A stretch of 63,623 nt of DNA, filler included. It is 4 parts of 4 records of this genome, joined end to end, with 100 filler letters (N's around TTAATTAATTAA, not from the genome) between each part and the next. Parts side by side here need not be neighbours in the genome. Positions count along the whole stretch, not along the records: positions 1 to 29,136 come from SRR20825006_2567; 3 more parts are not named here. One strand, written 5' to 3'. Under the pieces are notes generated by a model, which saw nothing but the letters and a program-made list of their open reading frames with translations, did no database searches and had not been told where the DNA came from. Both the position numbers and the translations under genes were made by a program. Below, one piece after another: positions 1-8,757 of the stretch (its first letter is position 1; every line of letters starts with the position of its first letter).

Positions 1-367
1 ACGTTTTGTAGATATGAGCGCTCCTTATGATGCTGAAATGAACAAAAAACTAGAACAAGTTGCTTCCGAAAAAAACATAAAACTGCACAAAGGTGTTTAC
101 GCCAGCGTCGTTGGCCCTCAGTTGGAAACCCGTGCTGAATATAGGTTTTTAAAAATTATTGGAGCAGATGCTGTGGGTATGAGCACAGTGCCAGAAATTA
201 TTGTAGCCAACCATTTAAAAATACCAGTTGCAGCCGTTTCTGTTTTAACAGATGAGTGCGATCCAGATAATTTAAAACCTGTAGATATTGAAGATATTAT
301 TGCTTCAGCTGGAAAAGCAGAACCAGCAATGATAACTTTATTTACAGAACTGCTTAAACAACTTTAA
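1..367 (+). CDS. Purine-nucleoside phosphorylase (trimeric PNP/MTAP family), 5'-truncated
   Basis: Frame is open from the window start (RFVDMSAPYD). Motifs GPQLETRAE and ADAVGMSTVPE are typical of the PNP family. Confidence 0.9.
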   Translation, partial: RFVDMSAPYDAEMNKKLEQVASEKNIKLHKGVYASVVGPQLETRAEYRFLKIIGADAVGMSTVPEIIVANHLKIPVAAVSVLTDECDPDNLKPVDIEDIIASAGKAEPAMITLFTELLKQL

Positions 368-376
368 TAAATACTT

Positions 377-1345
377 ATGAGCTATTTAGAAACCACAAAC
401 GATGTATACAAACAAGCCGCATTAACTCCAGATGTGGGACTTTGCTGTACTACCAACCCTATTTGGGAACTTCCAGGTCTTAAAATTCCTAAAATTATGC
501 AAGAAATGAATTACGGATGCGGAAGTACTGTAAATGCAAGAGATCTTACCAACAACCCAAAAATGCTTTACGTAGGCGTTGGTGGCGGAATGGAGCTTTT
601 ACAGTTTTCGTATTTCAATAGGCAAAAAAGTGGTGTAATTGGCGTTGATACAGTTCCTGAAATGCTTGCCGCTTCTCAAAAAAATTTCAAAGAAGCTGAA
701 GCTATGAATCCATGGTTTAAAAGTGAATTTGTTGAGTTAAAAAAAGGCGATGCCTTAAATCTTCCAGTCGAAGATAACTCCATAGATGTAGCAGCTCAAA
801 ATTGTCTTTTCAATATTTTTAAAGCTGAAGATCTTAAAAAAGCTATTGAAGAAATGTACCGTGTTCTAAAACCACATGGCCGTTTGGTAATGAGCGACCC
901 TACGTGCGAGCAACAAATGAATGAAACTCTTCGTGAAGATTCACGCCTTCGTGCGCTTTGCTTAAGCGGTAGTCTTCCCATTGCAGAATATGTAAAAGCA
1001 TTGACCGATGTAGGTTTTGGAACTATTGAAATACGCGCCCGAAAGCCCTATAGAATTCTTGATCCAAAAAATTATCCAACGGAAGAACTCATTTATATAG
1101 AATCTATTGAAGTTGCTGCTATAAAAGACCCTATGCCAGAAGACGGACCTTGTGTTTTTACAGGAAAAGCTGCAATTTATTATGGAACTGAAAATCATTT
1201 TGATGATAAAAAAGGACATATTTTGCTTAAAAACCAACCTTTGGCTGTATGCGATAAAACTGCTGCTGCCCTCGCCAGTTTAAACCGAGACGATATTTAC
1301 ATCAGTGAATCAACCTTCCATTATGATGGTGGTGGATGCTGTTAA
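377..1345 (+). CDS. arsM: Arsenite S-adenosylmethionine methyltransferase (arsenosugar-biosynthesis type ArsM)
   Basis: SAM-binding motif VGVGGG, class I MTase motifs (LKPHGRLVMSD), Cys pattern LCC, YGCG, NCLFN, ALCLSG and C-terminal GGGCC. Confidence 0.85.
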   Translation: MSYLETTNDVYKQAALTPDVGLCCTTNPIWELPGLKIPKIMQEMNYGCGSTVNARDLTNNPKMLYVGVGGGMELLQFSYFNRQKSGVIGVDTVPEMLAASQKNFKEAEAMNPWFKSEFVELKKGDALNLPVEDNSIDVAAQNCLFNIFKAEDLKKAIEEMYRVLKPHGRLVMSDPTCEQQMNETLREDSRLRALCLSGSLPIAEYVKALTDVGFGTIEIRARKPYRILDPKNYPTEELIYIESIEVAAIKDPMPEDGPCVFTGKAAIYYGTENHFDDKKGHILLKNQPLAVCDKTAAALASLNRDDIYISESTFHYDGGGCC

Positions 1346-1399
1346 AACGTGTAATGAAACTTAAAATATCTCGTCTAAAAAAACACTAAAAACAAAATA

Positions 1400-2284
1400 T
1401 TGGAAAAATATTTAAATATCTTTTTTGAATCCTATAAAGGATATTTTAATTATCTATGGAGTGAAATAACCCATTTTCACTGGGAAAACTATTTCTATGG
1501 ATTAATACTTGTTTCCCTTATTGTTTGGACTTTAGAAATTATTTTTCCTTGGCGAAAAAATCAAAAGGTATTTAGAAAAGATTTTTGGCTGGACACTTTT
1601 TATATGTTCTTCAATTTCTTTTTACTGAATTTAATTGTGCTCATTTTCCTTTCAAACGCAACTGAAGCTTTGTTTAATGATTTACTCGCTAAAGTTGGAC
1701 TTTCGGTTGAAGGTTTTCAGGTTTTTGATGTAGACGCGCTACCTTTTGGGATAGGGCTTTTACTTTTTTTCCTTATTTCAGATTTTATTCAATGGAACAC
1801 CCATAGATTGCTTCATCGCATTCCTTTCCTTTGGAATTTTCACAAATTACACCATTCCGTAAAAGAAATGGGCTTTGCGGCGCATCTCCGGTATCATTGG
1901 ATGGAACCAATTGTTTACAAATCGTTGTTGTACATTCCGCTTGCCATTATTGGCGGTTTTGATGTGGAAGCTGTGGCAATTGTTCATTTTTCTGCGCTTG
2001 CTATTGGTCACCTTAATCACGCTAACCTGGGTTGGGACTATGGTTTTTTAAAATATATATTCAATAACCCGAAAATGCATATTTGGCATCACGCAAAAGT
2101 TCTGCCTAAAAACGCTCAATATGGTGTTAATTTCGGTATCAGTTTAAGTGTTTGGGATTATCTTTTTAGAACAAATCATATTCCCCACGACGGTAGAGAT
2201 ATTGATTTAGGTTTTGAAGACGATCAAAAATTTCCAAAGAAATTTATTTCTCAAATACTTTATCCCCTTAAAACTAAAAACTGA
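1400..2284 (+). CDS. Fatty acid hydroxylase / sterol desaturase family di-iron membrane enzyme
   Basis: His boxes HRLLH, HKLHHS, HLNH and HIWHH; NFG...WDYLF tail; hydrophobic segments; TTG start. Confidence 0.88.
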   Translation: MEKYLNIFFESYKGYFNYLWSEITHFHWENYFYGLILVSLIVWTLEIIFPWRKNQKVFRKDFWLDTFYMFFNFFLLNLIVLIFLSNATEALFNDLLAKVGLSVEGFQVFDVDALPFGIGLLLFFLISDFIQWNTHRLLHRIPFLWNFHKLHHSVKEMGFAAHLRYHWMEPIVYKSLLYIPLAIIGGFDVEAVAIVHFSALAIGHLNHANLGWDYGFLKYIFNNPKMHIWHHAKVLPKNAQYGVNFGISLSVWDYLFRTNHIPHDGRDIDLGFEDDQKFPKKFISQILYPLKTKN

Positions 2285-2320
2285 TTTTTTCCGTAAATAA
2301 ACTAAATAAAATAACTGAAA

Positions 2321-3124
2321 ATGAAAATCTTACTTAATTTTTCAACCATCATTTTGGCTTCATTTATAATGCAAAGCTGCAATCTTCTTTCAGCAGCAGG
2401 CATTAGCAGTCAAGGCCAACCCACTAAGGAAGTGAAAACTTCGTTAACTTCAACAACCGCAAATTCTGCCGTAAATGTAGATCATTCAGCGTGGGACAAG
2501 CTGCTAAAAAAGTATGTTAATGAGGAAGGTCTTGTAGATTATAAGGGTTTTAAAAAGGAGCAAGACCAATTAGCGCAATATTTGAATATGCTTTCAGAAA
2601 ATAATCCAACCGACGCCTGGAGCGTTCAAGAGCTACTTGCATACTACATTAATCTATATAATGCTGCAACGGTAAAACTTATTGTTGAAAATTACCCACT
2701 AAAAAGTATTAAGGATATTAACGGAGCTTGGACAAAAGGACGGGTTACAATTGGGGAAAATAACCTATCGCTAGGAGGCATTGAAAATGGAATTCTTCGG
2801 AAAATGAATGAACCAAGAATCCACTTTGCTATAAACTGCGCTTCTTTTTCTTGTCCAAAATTAATGAATGAAGCTTTTACTGCTTCCAAGATTAATGAAC
2901 AGTTGGATCGTGCCACAAAAGAGTTTATTAATAGCGACAAAAACGATATTTCTGCTACAAATCCTAGACTTTCATCCATTTTTGATTGGTATAAAAAAGA
3001 CTTTGAAGTAAACGGAAAACAGGATGTTATAGGCTATATAAATCAATATACTACAACCAAAATCAATCAAAACGCAAAAATTTCTTATAAAGATTACGAC
3101 TGGAATTTAAATGAATTAAAATAA
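2321..3124 (+). CDS. DUF547-family lipoprotein
   Basis: Lipobox-like MQSC. Motifs GLVDY, LAYYINLYNA, EPRIHFAINCASFSCP, SIFDWY and YDWNLN. Confidence 0.85.
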   Translation: MKILLNFSTIILASFIMQSCNLLSAAGISSQGQPTKEVKTSLTSTTANSAVNVDHSAWDKLLKKYVNEEGLVDYKGFKKEQDQLAQYLNMLSENNPTDAWSVQELLAYYINLYNAATVKLIVENYPLKSIKDINGAWTKGRVTIGENNLSLGGIENGILRKMNEPRIHFAINCASFSCPKLMNEAFTASKINEQLDRATKEFINSDKNDISATNPRLSSIFDWYKKDFEVNGKQDVIGYINQYTTTKINQNAKISYKDYDWNLNELK

Positions 3125-3152
3125 ATTTTTAAAAGAAATAGGAAGATTTTTA

Positions 3153-3857
3153 ATGATAAGTATCATCATTCCGGTTTTAAACGAAGCCAAAACATTAGCT
3201 GAATTTTTATCCCATCTCACGGAAAACATTTCTGGGAAATATGAGATTGAAATTATTTTGGTAGATGGTGGCAGTTCCGATAAAACCGAAGTAATCATTA
3301 ATAAATTCGCTGAAAGTAGTTCAATTCCAATTCAATTAATTTCTTCAGAAAAAGGTCGCGCAAAACAAATGAACCTTGGTTCACAAAAAGCTACGGGTGA
3401 AATATTATACTTTCTGCATGCAGATTCTTATCCGCCTAAAAATTTTGATATCTATATTAATTCCGAAGTAAACAAAGGAAATTCTGCGGGCTGTTTTAGA
3501 ATGAAATTTAACACCAATCAGTGGTGGCTAAAAATTTCAGGTTGGTTTACAAGATTCAACTGGCAAATATGTCGTGGCGGCGATCAAAGTCAATTTATCA
3601 CAAAAAGACTTTTTGAAGAAATTGGCGGTTTTGATGAAAAATACATAATTTATGAAGACAATATTTTAATTAAGGAACTTTATAAACGTAACAAATATGT
3701 AGTAATTCCACATACATTAACTACCTCTGCACGGTTGTATAACGAAAAAGGAGTTTGGACTATCCAGTACCATTTTTTGATGATTCATTTAAAAAAAAGG
3801 TTGGGAGCAAACGCTGAAGAACTTCACAAATATTATATAAAAAACATAAAAACATAA
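3153..3857 (+). CDS. GT2 glycosyltransferase, TIGR04283 (arsenosugar-cluster) type
   Basis: ISIIIPVLNE, VDGGSSD, GRAKQMNLG, YFLHADS, GGDQSQF, YED and TTSAR motifs; context next to arsM. Confidence 0.8.
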   Translation: MISIIIPVLNEAKTLAEFLSHLTENISGKYEIEIILVDGGSSDKTEVIINKFAESSSIPIQLISSEKGRAKQMNLGSQKATGEILYFLHADSYPPKNFDIYINSEVNKGNSAGCFRMKFNTNQWWLKISGWFTRFNWQICRGGDQSQFITKRLFEEIGGFDEKYIIYEDNILIKELYKRNKYVVIPHTLTTSARLYNEKGVWTIQYHFLMIHLKKRLGANAEELHKYYIKNIKT

Positions 3858-3880
3858 GCCTACTTAAATCAATTAAATTA

Positions 3881-4954
3881 TCAATCTGCATTGATAAAAT
3901 GTTTTTTTATAATTGCTTCTGCTGGTTTATTTTGAGGGGTAAACTGAGTGTTTTCAGCACCTCCAACCTCATCATGCGCAATAAACCATTTCCAAAGAAA
4001 TCCACCTGCAAACCAATCTTCTTTCCAAACAGTTTGATATAATCCGTCAAGTAAATTTACCTGAGCTTCCATATTTACAGCTGTCATTTCCCTATCGCTT
4101 TTCCAAGGTTCTTTACCAGAAAAATCAACACTTCGGTAGCCATATTCTGTGAAAATTATTTTTTTATTTTCTATTTCTGAAAAGGTTTTTAATTCCGTTT
4201 TCCATTGCTCCCAGCCAGAAATTGTTTCAGCAACAGTAGGCGTTTTTTCTTTTGAAATTGGAAAGTAAGCATCAACTCCAATAAAATCTAAAAGATCCCA
4301 AAATGGCACCCGTTTATATTCATCCCAATTGGCAGCATATGTAATTTTGCCTTTGTAAATGGCTCTAACATCTGAAATTAATTTTCGCCAATATTCTGGA
4401 CGATGGTCAATAAAATTTTCTAACTCAGTACCAATACAGAATATTTCTACATTTTCAGTTTCTGCAACCTTTGCAAATCCCATAATGAAATTTCGGTAAG
4501 AAACTTCAAGTTGTAACCAATCTTCCTCCGAAGCCATTTTTAATAAACCAGTAAATTCACCTCTATGAATCCAAATTTGAGGCTTTAGCATCACTTTTAT
4601 CTCGTTCGCATGAAGCATACTTATATATTGCTTAACACCCTGTTCTGTTTCGCCATACCATTGGCGTTCTTGGTTATAGATAACTTCAGGATGTTCCAAA
4701 CTTTTAATAAAAGCGAACGGCATTACAGCCGCATAATTGGTATGTATTTTTTTTAATGGAGAAACATTTTCAGGTTTTACAGGATCTCCCGAAGCAACAA
4801 AACTCACTCCATTTATTTTTGAAAAGTTTTTTTCAGCACTAATATTTTCGGAAAAATCTGATGTTGCTTCATCTGAAGTATCACGCTTTTGCGCACAACA
4901 ACTAAAAATTGAAAAAATAAATAAACAGACTACAAAACGATAGATTATACGCAT
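3881..4954 (-). CDS. Glycoside hydrolase family 113 (beta-mannanase-like) lipoprotein
   Basis: Signal peptide ending FSCC. VMLKPQIW, IGTEL, TYAANWD, IGVDAYFP, FTEYGY and GGFLWKW motifs with two candidate catalytic Glu. Confidence 0.8.
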   Translation of the reverse strand: MRIIYRFVVCLFIFSIFSCCAQKRDTSDEATSDFSENISAEKNFSKINGVSFVASGDPVKPENVSPLKKIHTNYAAVMPFAFIKSLEHPEVIYNQERQWYGETEQGVKQYISMLHANEIKVMLKPQIWIHRGEFTGLLKMASEEDWLQLEVSYRNFIMGFAKVAETENVEIFCIGTELENFIDHRPEYWRKLISDVRAIYKGKITYAANWDEYKRVPFWDLLDFIGVDAYFPISKEKTPTVAETISGWEQWKTELKTFSEIENKKIIFTEYGYRSVDFSGKEPWKSDREMTAVNMEAQVNLLDGLYQTVWKEDWFAGGFLWKWFIAHDEVGGAENTQFTPQNKPAEAIIKKHFINAD

Positions 4955-5078
4955 CTTTAAAAATATGATTGAATTTGGAGTTTTAATTTAGAATCAATGT
5001 AAATATTTTTTTTAACCTATCGCAATTGTAATTGTATAAATTTATATACGACTGAACAAAACAAGATCAAAAAAATTA

Positions 5079-6380
5079 ATGGAGCACATCGTCATCATAG
5101 GTAACGGCATTGCAGGAATTACCGCAGCGCGACATATTAGAAAACTTTCCGATAAAAAAATCACGATTATTTCTGCTGAAGCTGATCATTTTTTCTCCCG
5201 AACAGCTTTAATGTATGTTTATATGGGCCATATGCGCTGGCAAGATATTGAACCATACGAATCTTGGTTTTGGAAAAAAAATAGATTAGAACTCAAAAAT
5301 GCCTACGTTGAAACGGTTGATACAGCTAACCAAACACTTCATTTTAAAGAAGGGGGCTCGTTAACTTATGATAAACTAATCCTTGCTACAGGTTCTACAA
5401 CCAGCTACTATAATTGGGAAGGTCAAGATTTAAAAGGCGTTCAAGGCTTAATTTCAAAACAAGATTTAGAAAACTTAGAAAAGTTTGCACCTAACAACAA
5501 AGTTTGCCCACGTGCAGTAATTGTGGGCGGAGGATTAATCGGTGTTGAAATGGCAGAAATGCTAAAAACTCGAAATATTGAAGTAACAATGCTCGTGCGC
5601 GAAAGTGCTTTTTGGTCTGGAGTCCTCCCGAAACCAGAAGCTGAAATGATTTCTCGCCATATATTGTCGCATGGTGTAGACCTTCGCCACAATGAAGAGC
5701 TTGATAAAATTTTAAGTGATGCCAACGGAAATGTTCGCGCAGTACGCACCAAAAGCGGAGAAGAAATTTCTTGTAATGTTGTAGGAATTACCACAGGCGT
5801 AAAACCACAAATTTCATTTTTGGAAGGCTCGTCTATTGAAACTGACAGAGGTATTTTGGTAAACCGAATGCTTGAAACTAACATTAAGAACATATATGCT
5901 ATAGGTGATTGCGCGCAACAACGAGAGGCAATCGGCAACCGAGCACCCGTAGAAGCCGTTTGGTACACAGGCAGAATGATGGGGGAAGCACTTGCACAGA
6001 CTATTTGTGGGAATTCTTTTGAATACAAGCCTGGAAATTGGTTCAACAGTGCTAAATTCTTTGATATTGAATATCAAACGTATGGTTGGGTTTTTTCTGA
6101 AAGAAAAAAGAAAGATTATGAAGCACAATTTCACTGGAAATGTAAAAGTGATTTAAGGTGTATTACTATTTCATATAACAAAAACAATAACGAATTTTTA
6201 GGAATAAATACTTTCGGAATTAGAATGAGGCATGAGATTTTTGATCGCTGGCTAAATGAAAAAAGAAGTTTTGAATATGTAATTAAAAACTTAAAAGAGG
6301 CCAATTTTGATCCTGAATTTTATAAAAAATATGAAAAAGAAATTGAAACTGAATACAACAAAAATCTTATAACCGCCTAA
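5079..6380 (+). CDS. NAD(P)/FAD-dependent oxidoreductase (ferredoxin/rubredoxin reductase-like)
   Basis: GNGIAG FAD motif, LILATG, VGGGLIGVE NAD motif, IYAIGDCA. Confidence 0.88.
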   Translation: MEHIVIIGNGIAGITAARHIRKLSDKKITIISAEADHFFSRTALMYVYMGHMRWQDIEPYESWFWKKNRLELKNAYVETVDTANQTLHFKEGGSLTYDKLILATGSTTSYYNWEGQDLKGVQGLISKQDLENLEKFAPNNKVCPRAVIVGGGLIGVEMAEMLKTRNIEVTMLVRESAFWSGVLPKPEAEMISRHILSHGVDLRHNEELDKILSDANGNVRAVRTKSGEEISCNVVGITTGVKPQISFLEGSSIETDRGILVNRMLETNIKNIYAIGDCAQQREAIGNRAPVEAVWYTGRMMGEALAQTICGNSFEYKPGNWFNSAKFFDIEYQTYGWVFSERKKKDYEAQFHWKCKSDLRCITISYNKNNNEFLGINTFGIRMRHEIFDRWLNEKRSFEYVIKNLKEANFDPEFYKKYEKEIETEYNKNLITA

Positions 6381-6383
6381 TCT

Positions 6384-7973
6384 ATGAGCACACTACAAAG
6401 AAATATGTCGCTTACGGGCGAACCACCAAAAACAATAAATACCCAACAAAAGCTAGCGACATTACTTGGTATGTCGGGTCTATTTATTTTGGTTTTGGCA
6501 GCATTTAATGTCAATTTTCCTTATCAATCGGTGTGGCTCACAATTTCTTTAGGCTCAATCATCGGAGGCGTTGTTTGGTTTGCAAGAGTTGCTTATGCAA
6601 ATAAACATGAAGGCATAAAAAACGATGGAGTTTGGTTTAAATCAATTTCAAGTCGTGGTTTTCTAGCTTGGCTTTCCGGAATCGCTTTAACTGGTTTTTA
6701 TATAGTTTTATATTTCTTCCCGCAATATTTAGGTCTTTCACAAGAAGGAAGCAATACAGGTCTCATCGCTTTTTTCGACCCTCTAAGCAACCTACTAAAT
6801 GGAGGCCCCGCAAGCCAATGGTTTGTTTATGGAACACTTTATACCGTTGCAATTATCTCCTTCGGAATTAAATTTCTTTGGAAATATAAACACAACCGAT
6901 ACGAACGTTTACGTACTTTTTCAGTAATGTTTTTTCAACTTGGTTTTGCTTTTATCATCCCAGAATTGATGGCGCGATTAAACACAGATACTTTTTCCAT
7001 CCCGTATTATGATTTAAAAAATATCTGGCCCCTTAATTATTATAATTTTGAACAATATCGTGTAGATCAATTTATTTCTTCAGGAAATATCGGTCTTGCA
7101 TTATTAATTTTTGGAGTACTTTCAATTTTAGTGATTACGCCAATTTTAACATATAAATATGGAAAACGCTGGTACTGTAGTTGGGTTTGTGGCTGTGGAG
7201 GTCTTGCCGAAACTGCTGGAGATCCGTTTCGTCATTTAAGCGATAAACGCTTGGTGGCTTGGAAAGTTGAGCGCTGGGTTATACACAGTGTTTTGGTTTT
7301 TGTGGTGTTGATGACAACAGCCGTAATACACAGTTATTTGGGTGATGACACCTCTAAATATTGGCTTACAAAAGATACTTTACTAATTTCGGTTGCTACA
7401 CTTTTAACAATAGTTTTTGCGGGAACTTGGATTTTTAAAAGAGAAGAATTAAAAAAAGATGCCCGTTTAGGAGCTATTGGGTATTTCGTAATTATAGTTG
7501 CACTAATAGGTTTTCACTACTTTTCAGGAAAAACCTTATTCCTTTTTGAAGCAGAAACACTTCGAAAAACGTATGGTTTTTTAATTGGTTCCATTTTTAG
7601 TGGCGTTATTGGTACTGGCTTCTACCCCATTTTTGGGAGTCGTGTTTGGTGTCGTTTTGGTTGCCCAATGGCTGCAATTTTAGGGTTTCAGCAACGCCTA
7701 TTTTCAAAATTTAGAATTACAACTAACGGTGGGCAATGTATTTCCTGCGGAAATTGTTCTACCCATTGCGAAATGGGAATCGATGTGCGTGCTTATGCGC
7801 AAAAAGGTGAAAATATTGTACGTTCTAGTTGTGTTGGTTGTGGAATCTGCTCTGCAGTGTGCCCGCGTGGAGTTTTAAAACTTGAAAACGGTCCATTAGA
7901 AAAACGTATTGATAGCAATGAGGTTTTACTAGGCAATGATTTAGATTTAATGAATTATGTGAATAATAAATAA
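6384..7973 (+). CDS. Polytopic membrane 4Fe-4S protein (NapH/RdxA-like)
   Basis: Many TM segments, CSWVCGC and CRFGCP motifs, two C-terminal ferredoxin motifs (CISCGNCSTHC and CVGCGICSAVCP). Confidence 0.88.
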   Translation: MSTLQRNMSLTGEPPKTINTQQKLATLLGMSGLFILVLAAFNVNFPYQSVWLTISLGSIIGGVVWFARVAYANKHEGIKNDGVWFKSISSRGFLAWLSGIALTGFYIVLYFFPQYLGLSQEGSNTGLIAFFDPLSNLLNGGPASQWFVYGTLYTVAIISFGIKFLWKYKHNRYERLRTFSVMFFQLGFAFIIPELMARLNTDTFSIPYYDLKNIWPLNYYNFEQYRVDQFISSGNIGLALLIFGVLSILVITPILTYKYGKRWYCSWVCGCGGLAETAGDPFRHLSDKRLVAWKVERWVIHSVLVFVVLMTTAVIHSYLGDDTSKYWLTKDTLLISVATLLTIVFAGTWIFKREELKKDARLGAIGYFVIIVALIGFHYFSGKTLFLFEAETLRKTYGFLIGSIFSGVIGTGFYPIFGSRVWCRFGCPMAAILGFQQRLFSKFRITTNGGQCISCGNCSTHCEMGIDVRAYAQKGENIVRSSCVGCGICSAVCPRGVLKLENGPLEKRIDSNEVLLGNDLDLMNYVNNK

Positions 7974-8055
7974 TTAAAGGTTTTATATATAATCAAGCAG
8001 TCCTTTTTAATTCTATTTTTCTGAACTTCGCAATCCATAAACTCAGTAGTTTTTA

Positions 8056-8757
8056 ATGACCAAAAATATTAAAGTAATCATCCCCGCTTATAATGAAGAG
8101 AAATCTATTGGAAAAGTCATTGAAGCGATTCCAAATAGTGTTTCAGAGATTATTGTTGTCAATAACAATTCTAGCGATTCTACTGCTGAAGTAGCAACAA
8201 AAGCTGGCGCTACGGTGCTTTTTGAGCCAAATGCTGGCTATGGAAATGCTTGCTTAAAAGGAATGGACTACATTTCTGGTTTAGTTCCCGAAAAGCAACC
8301 AGACATTATAGTTTTTCTTGATGGCGATTATAGTGATTATCCTTCTGAATTGACTAAAATTGTTGCGCCTATTATTGATGAGAATATAGATTTTGTAGTT
8401 GGCGCACGAGTAAAAGAATTACGCGAAGACGGATCAATGACATTTCCGCAACGCTTCGGAAATAAGCTAGCAACTACATTGATGACGCTTTTTTTCGGAT
8501 CAACATTTACAGACCTTGGACCCTTTCGTGCTATAAAATACAACAAACTTCTAGCCTTGGAAATGCAAGACAAAACATATGGCTGGACGGTAGAAATGCA
8601 ACTAAAAGTTTTAAAAAAGAAATTCACTTATGTTGAAATACCTGTAAATTATAGAAACCGAATAGGTGTTTCAAAAGTTTCGGGTACAGTAAAAGGTGCT
8701 ATATTTGCTGGCATTAAAATTCTAAGCTGGATTATAAAATACAGTTTCAAAAAATGA
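8056..8757 (+). CDS. GT2 glycosyltransferase (polyprenol-phosphate glycosyltransferase/DPM1-like)
   Basis: VIIPAYNEE, NAGYGNA, FLDGD, VVGAR, TDLGPFRAI and RIGVSKV motifs. Confidence 0.85.
   Translation: MTKNIKVIIPAYNEEKSIGKVIEAIPNSVSEIIVVNNNSSDSTAEVATKAGATVLFEPNAGYGNACLKGMDYISGLVPEKQPDIIVFLDGDYSDYPSELTKIVAPIIDENIDFVVGARVKELREDGSMTFPQRFGNKLATTLMTLFFGSTFTDLGPFRAIKYNKLLALEMQDKTYGWTVEMQLKVLKKKFTYVEIPVNYRNRIGVSKVSGTVKGAIFAGIKILSWIIKYSFKK

Noticed and set aside
2282-2296. TGA stop of the hydroxylase as possible selenocysteine read-through
   Set aside because: An in-frame TAA follows within four codons, no SECIS-like hairpin is evident, and the domain is already complete.
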